Source: Raillietiella orientalis
Lineage: Eukaryota
DNA length: 64,000 nt
Direction of reading: 5' to 3'
NCBI GenBank assembly: GCA_036172245.1
Contig: JAYWIR010000004.1
Span: 5,208,001-5,272,000 of the forward strand
Below the pieces are notes generated by a model, which saw only the letters and a program-made list of their open reading frames with translations, searched no databases and had not been told where the DNA came from. How positions within the stretch are numbered: the stretch's first letter is position 1; each line of letters starts with the position of its first letter. Both the position numbers and the translations under genes were made by a program. This document shows, piece by piece, positions 13,001 to 26,399 of the stretch.

Positions 13001-16000
13001 TCGCAATTAAAAGCACGAGCACTATTTTAATAACAGCAACAGATCAATATGTATCTCCTTTTTGTGATCTAGGCATCAGAAATCAATTACCTTAATGTGA
13101 TTATAGGTAATTTTAAATGGGACGCTGTGGAGAATAGTCACTGTAGATTTAGAATTCCTCTTGGTATCTGTTTCCTACCTTCCCACCATGCTACTTTTAG
13201 TGATCTCTACACGATGTGATTTGCATCATGTTAATTCATGACAATTTTGTTTGTTTTCAATACCTTGCTTGTTTGAATTGTTTATTTGTAGATTTCCCAC
13301 TTATAAGGTCTATGTAACGGAAACTAGAACTCACTGATTTACTGTTATATAGAAATAGAATTTCGTAGGTTTAGATTTAGACTTTTTCCAATTAGGTTGC
13401 CTGCAATCCCTTCGAAACTGAGGTATAATCAGACTGATAATTTAAAAAGATAAGAATCAGTTTTCCCTGATTTTTATTGGGTACGTTAGAGTTCTTGTTG
13501 ACATTTTAAGAGATAATCTATCAGGTCTGGTACAAATTGGAAATTTTATTTTTCTTCAGTTTGGAATTAGACCTTCAGGTACTATTTCCACAAGTGAATT
13601 TTCACTATATTCTCAACTCCTAACCAGTATTGATGAGAACATAATGATCGGAAGAACATCTGACAATTAGAAAGCAAAAGGAAAGTGAAAAATCTCGAAG
13701 ATTCACTTTAAGGCTTTCCAGACGGTCACTGGAAGAATGGACAGATGGCACAGCCATGTTTCTTTAATTATCGAACTTGGAATTCAATTTTTTTTTTTTT
13801 AGAGGAAATAGCTACACACTCTACGTAAACTTTGTAATCAAGAAGCTATGAACTTGAAGTTGCGAAGCATCCACTCTCTGAGTAAAATTAAAATTTTATA
13901 ATTAAATTTGGTGTGTGTGTGTGTTTTTTTTTTCCAACATACAGTGTGGTTTTTTCATACAACAGATTTCGAAAGGAATGCAACCCTTTCTATAGAATTG
14001 GTTTCGTTATATTGAGCAGCATTTGTGAAAATCGAAACCATAAATTTTTTTTTAATGTCACTCTGCTCTCATGATGAAAGAAGCATGGTTAAATTAGTTC
14101 CTTTGTATTCCAGATGAAGGAAAAAAGACTGTCCGTGGAAGAATTCCCGTATCAGTCCTACTGAACGATCTGCTTTGGGGATCAACTGCAAAATTATAAG
14201 TACAACATTCTATTGACGAGACGAGTAAGTACACACTTATAAGTACTAGTTATTAGACGAGAGCAATGACAAGATGAAATGTGCAAGTAAATTCCGGGAC
14301 CATCCTTAAGTGCTTTTGCATGGTGACTCCATGGCATTGGTGAATCTTTTAAGAAGCTTGTTGAGTGACCAAATTGAGAAAGAATCCAAGTAATTGTGCT
14401 GGCATTGAATATAGGCATTTCAAAGCAAAGAATTGTTTTCATTATTATGATTTTATAATTCATGTATATCTACTTGTGTGGTATTAGCGTCCAATCTAGA
14501 ATGTGCACGTGCTTCATGTAAATGCATAATAACGGGTATGCAAGACATACACACACCAAACTACACATTGTATATTGAATATATACGCACCAATGTTTTC
14601 ATTCACTTCAGTTAAGCGATTTATGGAATATTAAGAATACTTTTCCCCATGATTTTCATGTGTTTATTACTGTTTTATCTGAAATTTTTAAACCACTTAG
14701 AAAAAAATTTCCCTTTATTATTAGGGTCTGCAAAACACCGAACACTGCCAGTTGTCACAAACTACGATAAATAGCTAAATAATTTATTCATGAATTACAT
14801 CGGTTTCCCTAGAATGACGTATTTATACTTGCAAATTCAAGTTACAAGAGTTTAAGAACGCGATCTACAAATCCGGTGACATGAGTGAATTTTAATTACT
14901 CTTTCATAATTTTTGCAATTCAAAACGAATTTTACGTTATGGATAAGTTTCTCTCCCTTCACTGGAAATGTTTCCCTCCTATTCACTGAAAAAGCAGATT
15001 AGGAAAACGAAAATCTGAATCGTGGTATCGCAACTGAATGCTCGATTGCTTTGGAAGTAATGAGGAACGGTAATAATATTGGACTCTAAATGATAGAATG
15101 GATCTGTATTTCTTGCCCCTACGTGTCTCCGTTGGAAGGAGGAAAGAGTCGAAATTTTTGTTCATGGCGATTTGAGGAACTTTTGCACAATTCTTTGGTA
15201 AGGAAACACAATGTACGCATCTGTCTTCACAGAGTGGAAACATGGATATGTTTACTTGTGGATATGTTTACACTAAATCGCTCTATATTTGTTAGAATGC
15301 AAATTTTCACTATGTATATTTGAAGCAAGTAATAACACAACCGAGCCACAAGCAGTGTACACTCGAATCATTCAGTGAAATTTCGTACAAGCATAGATTT
15401 CTCTCAAGTCAAACTCACTGAGCAAGGAGTAAAATCCGAAGGCATCCTTCCGGAGGCTCAAATTAAATTAAAGCTAATTAAAAATGAAAATGCGATGTTT
15501 GTAACAGGTTTGTACGTGTAAAGGATTTACGTGACATTGCTGCATATCCGAATCTGGAAACTACGTATTTGTAAGAATCCAAAGATCTTAACTCTTATTT
15601 AATATTAACATATGGCTTGACTAAAAATGTGTCCATAAATGACTCATTCTGCATTGAAATATGTGAATTAATATTAGAACCGCAAATATCGGATATTCAA
15701 GACAACTGATTGATTTCGTTATCTGTTTAAAGGATTTGAATTATTGTGATAATTGTGTTGCAAGTAGAACCCAGTATTTTTAGTGTCTTTAAATTATAAG
15801 ATTTTCCAGGAATTTTAGGTGGCACCCAAAATTTAAACTGATTTTCTTGGATGCAATATGTCAAACCACCGATTCTTGAAAGTTCGTTAACGAACTTGAC
15901 GAACCAAATAGCCATTTACTCTAGTAATTTCAAATGATTCATTGGATATAAATGCTTCTAAATATTCTTTGGTAATTCAAGCAAATGATGAGGATACTAA

Positions 16001-17719
16001 TTCATTGTACTGTGCTTCTGCTACAGTTCACACCTTCGAGGCATACATAATGCAGCACTTTTCTTTGACTGAGTCAGTTAGAAGATTCTAAATAAGACGT
16101 TCACCATTTGAAATTGCTAATAAAAAGAAACCATGTTCTTCATTTCACCAACTCGAGATTCTTCCATCTTAAATCCTTTCTTGCAATTAAAGCTAAGGTC
16201 TTCTTTCTTCTTAATCACGGTAAGACTTTTCACTTAGTTCAACGAATCCTTTTGAATGCTTGGGAGATATTCTGTAATCTCTCGTGTTAGCTCAAAAGAC
16301 AAATTGCTTAGAAATTCTCGGATTTCACTAGTCAATTCTGATGTTACACATTCCTCAATGCTTCTTTAAATAATTGCTCATTTTCATCCATCGATAAATT
16401 TGGAATTGGATTGACACATTTCGATATTAGTACCTTATTTGGTTTCGCGATTATAACTTTTGACAGGACAACAGGATGTTTTCTTGCGCTTTGGGATGTA
16501 GTCCATAGGTAAATTAAGGAGTACTATATTACACTTTTTAGACTTAATCATAAATTTAGTCTAAGGCACATAAGGCACAGTAGAGAACTGTAGAGGATTA
16601 AGAAGTAGTCTCAATTTTAATAAAGCAAACAATAATCCCAGTAATCAAAAGTGTATCCAAGGCAAAAGGAACACAAGCTAAATTTTAACCATTTTCTATC
16701 CATATTCTAAGCAGGTTTTTTAGTGTTCGGATAGTTGCGATGAAACATTAATTCATAATTGTTTCTTCGCGTTCTCTATGGCTTGTCCAAATTCTAGATC
16801 TGTCATCACGTTCTAAAGTCGAGGACAGCAGTTAGAAAAGGCAAAACATGATTTCATTAATTAATAAGGTTTCAGGTCATATTTCTGAGTGGCTACCTCC
16901 GAATTTGGAATCGGCAGGGAATACGGAATGAGCAAGATGCGAACAGTAAGTTCATCCAGCCGCATCAAATGTTTCCAGAGAAAATACACCAAGACGGACA
17001 TACTAATATTCGCTTTAGGCATCCACAATGGAAATTACAATCACCCAAGTCTCAAGGCACACATTTCTTCAATAAATCTAAAGTTCTTGATTCTACTTAT
17101 TTTTTCGATTTATATTTTCGTTCAAGTAATAGAATTTTCATCCGCTTTTAGCTCGGGATGAATCGTGTAAATGATAAACACCTGATTATAAAGCTTGGTT
17201 GAAGTTTTAGATGGCTGTTCAAAAACCTAATCCTTTACGGTTGATCGAATGATTTGGGGACTTGTTATGGAGGAAATATCAGAATGAAAGATGCATAGAC
17301 AAACATGCATAGACACAAACGCACATGTCAGTCCTGAACATCTAGAGAAGACTGTAATATCCTCATCGACATATTTGGAAAAAATCTCGGACTATTTCGC
17401 GCACTTTTCCATCTTATAAGCGCAAGCTAAATTTTAAGTGGGTTCGTGCTTGTGACTCATTGTGCTTGAAACTCATTCATACAAGTGCTTACAAAAACGT
17501 ATGGGACACCAATTTAGGCAAATAAACACATAATCATCTGTAAATCAGAGATATTGACTTTTGAGAAAGTTGCACGCAACGAAAACCAAGCATTCATGGG
17601 TGATTGGAAACAAGGAAAAATGATACGGATGTTAAGAAAAGCATTTACTTCATGTGTTTTTGATTTGAAACAAACACCTCTTATTTCCAATTAATTCATT
17701 TCAGCATATGAGGCGAGAG

Positions 17720-17756
17720 AAAGCTGTCGATTATCACTTTGATAATCGACAGCTTT
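17720..17756. repeat. perfect 17-bp inverted repeat with 3-nt loop
   Basis: aaagctgtcgattatca-ctt-tgataatcgacagcttt; the arms are exact reverse complements. Confidence 0.95.
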
Positions 17757-19715
17757 AGCGAAATAGTGTTTGCAAATCATCTTTAAGCAGGTATATTGAA
17801 ATATAACCTTAGAAAATATCTGGGAGAAAAAAGAACATTAAAAACAAAATGCTCAGCAGCTTGCCATTAATAGACTCTTAACACAACCTGTTTCTCGACC
17901 TTCAAGAGGGATTTTAATAAAGCTGTGTTTTTCGAAATCAGGATTCTGCTCATATCATGACTACTTCTTAGATAGGATTTATAGACGAAATAGAAACAGA
18001 GCTAAAGCATTTCCCGATTCTGTTCTACCGGCATTCTTTGATAACGAAAATGCATTCCTGTAGAAGTGAATTATCATAACTGAGGAATTCCAAAGGAAAC
18101 TGCAAACTACAGAGAGGCAGCTTAACTATCCTGGTGATCAGCTTCGATCTTGAAAACATCAAACAAGTAGTTGGGAAAGGAATGATTAGAACCATTTGCT
18201 TTTCTTGCTTTTCAAATTGCCTTCTCGTTTTCCACCAGATCATCTCTTCGTATTAATATTCGATGTGAAGATCGAAGAGCAGAGGGTCGAACAGAAGGAA
18301 TCACTGATTCAATAAATGAAGGTAGGAAAATTTGAGTGAAAAGGATCGCATGCACTTTTGCGGAAATACTTTAGAAATATCGACACCACGAGCCCTTATT
18401 TTCCTAATCCCAAGTACAATTGCGCATCAAAATTCATGTTAATTAAATTAAAAGTTTTTGAAATTCTGAATTAACATTGCAGATGATACTGTGCCATTTA
18501 AACACATACGATTACCCAAGACATCGAAACAAAAGGGAATCGAAAGCAATGTCAGATCTTCATAATGAGAAGGTAAGTCGCATTTGTCTAAGACCAAAAG
18601 CAAATTCTTGATCTCTCATCATCTTCTGAATTACAGACAGATTCCTCGATAACTGATGAGAACTCGAATAAATTAGCTCCAGAGAACAAAATACACGCCA
18701 AAAATAACTTCAGATCACATAGATTCATAGCGTAAGAATAATGCTCCAAATTTCCAAAACAGCAGAATCTGAATTTCTTTCCAGTATGGGATGAAAGTAA
18801 ACTGAATGAATAAATTTTATATTTCACCGATTGCTAATCGTTTTGTAAAGTTTAAAAAGATCAATCAAGATGTTTTGTGTTTGGAACATTTAGGCACCGA
18901 ATCGAGTCCAGCTAATTTCAGTCCTCATCCCAGAGCTCCCCTTTCAAAACTGAAATATTCAAGTTATTGGTCGAATGTGATGACCGATTCCTCGTTCCAC
19001 AATTAACTGTCGTTCACGAAAAGACATCAGTTGCTCCAAAACTTATATCTGTCTTGGAAAATGTAAACTGCATATTTTATAACTGTATCGGTCTTCTGTT
19101 AGAAGCATATATATCCATAAGTAATAAATATGAATTTTCATTGTTTCAAATCGGAGTCACCTTCTTTCTCTCTCTCTCTATTCAGAATAAAAGCTGGTTT
19201 TATCCTGCAGATCAATTACATGCAAAATTATGCAAATATTAGTTTGAAGTATTGCTTTACTTTGTCTATTTTATTTGCTTCACCCACTTCCATGAGCACC
19301 TCGGACAAAGTGAAGCAAATCATTTAGTTATACTCTTGTGGTTGAAAAAAGAAAAATGCTCTCCATCATGTCTTCATTCAGATTGCCAACCAGTAATCAT
19401 TTTCACTTAATGCACTTAACAATAATAATTCGAATTGATTGCATTCTTCTGTGATTATTAAAATCGTGTTACAATTTCTTTCTTTCTTTATGTAGAAAGG
19501 GTCTATAAGTCTTCTATTTTTTCTCAAGAAATGCACCTATGTTTCCGGACGTTTGCGATGCAAAAGAAATGTTTCATGATCCTTTTTGTGTTTGCGAACA
19601 TAAATAAGGCATCTTGACTCTGTGTAAGGAACTAATTTCCAAGTACTTCCAAGTAGATCTTTTTTTGTTTTCCCCTCCTACAAATTTCTGCTTTACAGCA
19701 TTATACGATGAAGAA

Positions 19716-19890
19716 TTGAGTACTGTAACTTCTCTTTCTGTTCTGATATGCTGATATATATTCGAGAATGAAGAGCTTCCATTGGGCAATACAGTAGCAG
19801 AAAAAATATCAGAAATGGAGATGTGTGTGTACCCAACGCTTGAAATGAATCTGTCTTTTCATCAAGTGACCTTTAAACATTACAAAAATA
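19716..19890 (+). repeat. diverged direct repeat, copy 1 (copy 2 at ~21000-21197)
   Basis: ttgagtactgtaacttctc...tgatatgc...tatattcgagaa...agcttccattg...caatacagtagca.aaaa.atatcagaaatggag...cattacaaaa aligns collinearly with copy 2. Confidence 0.75.
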
Positions 19891-20999
19891 GTCTTTCATT
19901 CTTTACATATATTCTGGCAGCATTGCATCAGAAACAAACAGCTTTTTCTAGAAAATCACTTTATTTGGCAAGTTTGTGCCATGAGTTAAGAGTAAATGAT
20001 GACCCTGTTAGTCGTTTTTGATGTATCCGCTTGAAGTACATGTACAACTCGCCTGTACACTATAAGCACCCATCACGGAAATCATGAAAAGGTACTAACA
20101 AAGAAGATCAGTTTATTCATACAGACATTTGTGAAATCTGAGATGATCTACTTTCTCTTTCTTCTATCTCCTTTCTTCTATTATCATACAAATGAAATGT
20201 TTGCTTTGAATTTTGGAGACTGCAAGAGAATATTTTTGCACTGGGACAGAAAATATATAAATAACCTATTTAATTCTTCTGTCTTCGACGAAAGTGAACC
20301 AATTTATTGAACAATAAATCGCTGTGAGATATGGCTTGTCCAACTCATGCTTTTCGCTTGCAAACTTGCAAAATGAATTGCTCTGTCTCAGTCTGCATTT
20401 TCACTTTCCAAGAGTGAGGTCCTTCATGTTTATTAAAATTCTACATTAGCCGCTTAATTCGTCTCTCTCTTAACGTGTCGCGTCTTGAGTTCAGTTCTTC
20501 TCACATATTTTTCTGTTTTCCAAAGAGCCGCAGCAATTAAGTTCTGCTTGATCCTATGGTTGTATAGGACATATTGCTCAGAACATATTTGCAAGTACGC
20601 AGTGTAATCTGCAAGAGGAGTTTACTTCTCTTTTAGGTATCTGAAAAGAGGATTTGTATGGAGTGTGTAGATTTATCATATTACTTCACGCTTTCCCCCT
20701 TTCAAAACTTCGACTTTCTCATCGAACGTTCTCACTCCATGTAAATCCTCTTTTACTAATTACTGAATTGAAAGTCAGCAACCTTTTAATCTTTGGGATA
20801 TGGTTTCGATGATTTGCAATTTCCTTTCAAAGCAAAGAGTTTGAATTCATTTTTAAGATTCTCTGCTTTAGCTACACGCTTTGATCTCATCCTTTAAGCC
20901 TTGAAATTATTAATATTTTTTCAGCATAGCCACGAACAAATTGTGCACATGTGGGTTATGATTTCCGTTTAAGTTCTCTTTCTGTTTCTCAAAGTAGAC

Positions 21000-21197
21000 T
21001 TGAGTACTATTGCTTCTCGTGCTATTTTGATATGCCAGCATATATTCTAGAACGAGGAGATTTTCGTCAGCTTCCATTGAATCAATGCAGTAGCAAAAAA
21101 CATATCAGAAATGGAGGCATTTATTTGTGCGTTTCGCAGTATGTTTTTGAATATGATCCTTCTATTAGTTCTGATGGATGCATTACAAAACATACTT
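21000..21197 (+). repeat. diverged direct repeat, copy 2
   Basis: ttgagtactattgcttctc...tgatatgc...tatattctagaa...agcttccattg...caatgcagtagcaaaaaacatatcagaaatggag...cattacaaaa. Confidence 0.75.
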
Positions 21198-23184
21198 CAA
21201 GACCAATGAGTTACAGAACCCGTGCTTACTTTCGTCTTTACCAGAGGAGAACATAATTGCGAATACATATTCCGAACATTTCAGAAAAGTGAAACATCTT
21301 TTTAATCTTAATTAAAAAATGCTTTTTTTTTTTTTTACTTCTGTTTTTCAATCTCTCCTTCTGAGGTATTGGGTATGAATACAGGACAATACGTGAATTC
21401 AGTAGTTTAACAGGAATCATGTAATTTATGGTTGCCTTCGCTTTCTGTGGCTTCACTTTCCTTTTTTACGCTTTTGCTCATAATAGCGATAGCATAACAT
21501 TCGAATGACTAATTTGAGTCTAAGGTACTAGTGAATTATCTTTCTCTAGAAAAAGACTGTATCCAGGATGCTTAATATTCTTTAATGTCCACTGTCAGGG
21601 AAAGTCTTTATTTTGTGTAATGAAAGAAATTAGCCTCATTAATCTGGTGAAGACGAATTGTACAGGCTTCGGAGCATTAATCTGTGTAGCTGTTCTTCGA
21701 AATTCATGCAAGACTAGCTCTCGATGTTAAGAATTATGATAAAATTTCCATCCACAGCATCTCTTAATCCATTCACATTCTGGTCGAAGAATAAAGCTAG
21801 GATTCCAAATTTCATTTTATTCCACATGTTGTCCAGTTGATTCATTTTCAGAAGCAAAAATGCTCTGCTATCTCTTGACTGGATGAAACGTGATAATATG
21901 CAAATCTCAAAGCAGGACTCCAACGTTGCAGGCACACATGCATTTCAAATACTTAGAAAGTATAAGTTCTTTTCGTCCACTACGCTTTAATAGTACTGCA
22001 GTGTCTATTTGAATTCTTCAATCATCGTTCTTTAGTATGTTTCTTGTTTAAGTGAAGTGCAAATTAGTATTCACAAAATCCCCTCTAAATAGTTGTTTTC
22101 TACTGGATTCTATCGGTTGTTTACTTCCGGCTTCTCTCTCTTTTTTTTTTTTTTTTTTTGTAAAATTACAACTTTTACGATTCTCTCTCGTTGGGATTTT
22201 CAGCCTCAAGTTCCGCTTTTCAAGAGTGAATATTTTAGACAAAGAATCCATTTAAACTATTGTCTGTAATGCTGTAGATAGTAGGAAAAAAATTTGAAAA
22301 CTCTTTCTAAATAGGAGCACAATTTGCTAATTTTCATGAGAAATGTTTGTGGAATTTTCTCTCGGGAACCAGGGGATGAACAACCATTCCTTAAAGTGAG
22401 CTGTGGTTAGCAGATGAAGGAAAAATAAAAAAATGTTTCGAACTTATTTAGCGTGTTTGAATAATTTGGAATGAACATGGTATTTGGAGTTTCGGATCAG
22501 ATTTTTTTTTTTATTTCTTATTGATTATAGGTTCTTATATTCATTAATATATTTTCTTCCTCGATTTTCATCACGATACTGGAATCATCCTTGAAATCTC
22601 ACCCCCCATTCTCAATCGTAGTATTTTTCATTAGTTGCAGAATAAAGAAACGTATCCATTACATAGCATAACAGTAGGAGAAGACGCTCATCTGAGGAAC
22701 TACAAAGTATACAAAGTAGGTTTGCCAATCTAAATGCTTATCTAGAACTATTCGGTAGTTGCTTGTACAAAAGTGGGAAAAAAGAATAAAGTAAAATTGC
22801 GATTTCCAATAGTATGGATGTGCTCCTTAACGCAAAGGACTGTTTTCTTCTTCTCTCTCTCTCATCTTTTAACCTGCTGTAAGTCTTGAGAAAAACGTCC
22901 TCAACGCTCTCAGAAGAAACAAAAATTAAACTCATCAACGTCATTTCTCTTGAATTCAATACACACGAGAAACAAAATCAACCATGAGGGGAGAGATGAA
23001 ACGTGAGAACGGGAATCGAGTACCAGGAATTCTTTTTGGAAAATCGTTGTTAGCTATAAGCAGCAAGCCTTCCCTACTAGCAAGTCCATTTTCCACAAGA
23101 GGCTGCTGGATTCTTTGATTCCAAAACGAATTTACCTTGGAAACGACTCCATATGACATGTACGGGGCCCATCTTGGATTTACG

Positions 23185-23215
23185 CTGCAAGCGAGTGAAC
23201 TGCAAGCGAGTGAAC
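23185..23215. repeat. perfect 15-bp tandem duplication (ctgcaagcgagtgaa x2)
   Basis: Read directly from the sequence. Confidence 0.9.
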
Positions 23216-25597
23216 GATTACCGGGAAATACGTCAAAATACTTGCTTAGTGATTTCCGGAATGAGTTTCGTCTCGAGGAATTGTAAAGTCAGTTTTTATT
23301 GAGAGGGAATTGAGAAATGGCTTGTGTAGAGACACGCTCAGCTCTGAGATTAACGGTTAATTCGTTTTTCAACATGATTTTCGTAAGCCATGAGTTGCGT
23401 GGGTTCAAGAAGTCGGTTCTTTTTCCTATCGGATTCCTCAGAGATGCATACTATGGAAGAAAAGAATCTGTTGCAGGAATGTAAATATATAATGCAAGCA
23501 TTACATGGAGTGCGAATGCGATGTGCCTGTTTTCCTACACAGTATTCGAAACGTGGAAAGGAGTAGAAGATGATTCATCTATTGATCAAACTCATTGATT
23601 GGGTGTTAGCCTGGAAAGGAAACACCCAAGTTCACCGTGAATTCCCAATATTGAAATCACATTTCCATTCCAGAGTTCCCATCAAAATGTGGAACGCAAA
23701 GCCTGACCCACGATCCCATGCAGCGGAGGGTCTTAACAGCTGTAACAGCGACAAGACGCATCGAAAAAGGACTGTTCCCCCAGTCCAAAGCCAGGAACCA
23801 TGTTTCCGTGTTTGTTCCCGCCTGCCTCTCGGCGATTAAAAAGAGCGCCACGGGAATGACCGGAAGGATCTCGAGTCCCATGTGATGCTTGGAAAATGAT
23901 GATTATCATTTGGGGATCGCTACCAGCGATGGTTCGGCGTTCCAGAATGCAGAGAAAGTGAAAGCGAAAGCCACGGGTGAGACATATCCGGTACGTAAGG
24001 GATCGTCAGCTGTAGAAGGCGATCACCACGGCATGACATCGCAGCGACAACGAATTTACCACCCACTCAAGGCAAGCAGCACCTGGACGGATGGGGGCAC
24101 CTGGTAAAATACCGCAGCAATTAATGCTGCGGAGGATACGGGATGCAGGTGATAGGCTGGCAATATGGGACCGTATGCTGGTTCCACTTTGTCGATTTTT
24201 CGAGTTCCCTTCGCCAAGCAGGAAAAAAAAAAAGAAAACAAAAGATGGAGGAATGAGTTGACGAGCCTCCGGTGTGTTCATCTTCCCCTCCGCATTCAAG
24301 GAGTGCTTGCGAGACTGCTGCAAACGCGCGGTGCTTTGATTTTGTGGATAAGAGCATCAGTCCGAGATCTGTGAGCACCATGTAAGCGTATGACCAAGTC
24401 CCACCACCTAGACGGGAAGCATCCCTTCTGTAGTGAAGGGGACGTAGGGTATGCGGCAAATAGGAAAGTGCTGCCGTTCCTGTTTTGCACGGATTATGGA
24501 AGGGACTCGATCCTTGAGAAGCTTCCGAGGGAAAAACTCGGAATGCAGGAAAAATTCAACGTTCAGTCGTCAAGTTGAGATGAACAAACGCAATAAAAGC
24601 TAATGAGAATGCCAAACGCTAAAGAACCGTATAGCGTTCTCACTGGTACAGGGACGGTTCGGAGGCTGAGTGCAGTCCCAACCGCAGATTTTGGCAACCA
24701 AGAGTGCTCGACGGGTTTCCGGTCACAAACCGTGCAGGTCGATCTTCTTGAAAGCTCGTAAGAGGTGAGCAGCGGCTGTTGAATAAACGAGATGAAAGAA
24801 TGGATGGCAGAGAAAATTGATGCGAATTTAAACTCCTCCTTTTTTTCTCACTTCTGGCCATTAAAGGGCCAAAAAAAAAAAAAAAAAAAACTCTGATCTG
24901 AAAATGGCACTCGAGTAGCTCCAGGAATCGAACTAAGTGAGCTAAGAAAAATTGTTTTCTTTCTTCCCCCCCCCCCCCCCCAAACTCCATTGGAAAAGAA
25001 AGATGACAAAGTTCAGTTAAAAAAAAATGAAATAAAATAAAATGAAAAATTCCGCATGAGCGGGTGGAGGAGGGAAAGGGGGAGGAGGACCAGTTCATCG
25101 AATATTTTGCTAATCTAAGGAATCACCTACGAGTCGCAACCCATGCCTTGCACGTATGGTTATTTTTTTTGCCACTTTTCAAGGCTCATGGGGAATTGCA
25201 ACAGTTTGCCTAAGATTCGGGGTCCGAGGATTCCTCCACCTATTTCCAGGACGAGCAAAAAAAAAAAAAAAAAGGCAAATAAGGGGAAGGCACTCGCGCC
25301 CGCAATCTTCTTACACGGTGCATCCGGACCACCGTGGGATCTCCCCACGTACAGAGCATGGCACCAAAAGAATTGCAGTGGTCACACACACATACGTACA
25401 TCCTTCGCAAAGTGAATGTTTCGCAAAGGATCACTGCCCGGGATGAGCGGGATAAAAAAAAAAAAATTGGCACGATCGGGCCGAAGTTTTGCGGTTTTCT
25501 AGAAGCTTCCGTTGAGTGAGCTGGTTGAATTCTCTCCAGCACACCACACACTCATGCAGGCAGAACAAAATTCACGAAAGAAATTCAGGTGACATAC

Positions 25598-25663
25598 CTC
25601 TTCCTCGGAAGCACCTGTGTGGACACAATCCATGCTTTGACTAAGCTTCGTCTGGATATCCAT
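25598..25663 (-). CDS. cpo: couch potato coding exon 1 ([22 protein letters not shown])
   Basis: Resembles the arthropod Cpo LSQSMDSVNT..EEE motif that precedes the RRM. There is an in-frame TGA 18 nt upstream of the ATG and a phase 0 GTATGT donor matching exon 2. Confidence 0.9.
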
Positions 25664-26399
25664 AGAATCTTCTCTAAGTCAGAGGCAAACGTTCACAAAC
25701 TTTAGTCAAACCGCAGAGGACACATATCATGGATTCAGAAGAATAAATATGGTAAGGGCTAAGATAGGTAGCGAGGAGTTTTTTTTTTCCTTTTCTTCTT
25801 CCCGTTTTCCAGTTCTGATGTTTTATCCCATTAACGGAATCCTCCTCACTACCACTAGCATACTGTGGAGTAATAATTTTTTGGATTACATCCGTAATTA
25901 CGTAGCATTTTTTTTCTTTTTTCTTTCCTTCTTTCTTTCTTTTTTTTTTTTTTTCTACACAAAATGTTTCTAAAAAAAAAAAAAAAAAGTGAACATTACA
26001 GTAATTAGTAAAAAGGGGATGATAGCTGAACCACAAATCTCACGTTTCATTCGTATTCCCGACCGAGGCTATTTTTATATTGGGCCAGAAAAAAAATTTT
26101 TTTTTTTCTTTTAAGGGGAAATCGGAAAAAGGGAAAACAAAAAAGGAAAAGAAACATTCGGAAACGCATTGCAAATTTTCACATTTTCTGACAAACATTT
26201 GCAGATTACAACGGAAACAGAACAGGATTAATGAGAGAACGTTCCTTGCTCAGCAGGGCATTATGAAAAACGGATACACATCTGTACAGTTATACACATT
26301 ATTCCATACTGGCTATTCTGTTGTTGATGCGTTACCTTAGTTACCTATCCAGCTTTATGCTGGAATATCATTTCTATATTTTAACAGTACTCGGGGAGC

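Larger units (their letters stand above)
1469..25597 (-). other. cpo: cpo intron 1 (24,129 bp, GT-AG, AT-rich)
   Basis: GTATGT donor after ...GAG GAA GAG at 25598 and a tttttag acceptor at 1469. Joining gives SEEE|[8 protein letters not shown], the conserved Cpo/RBPMS junction. No other recognisable coding sequence was found inside. Confidence 0.85.

Noticed and set aside
18653..18670. Hammerhead-ribozyme-like core ctgatgag-aact-cgaat
   Set aside because: It has GAAT instead of the required GAAA, and no convincing stems I and III.
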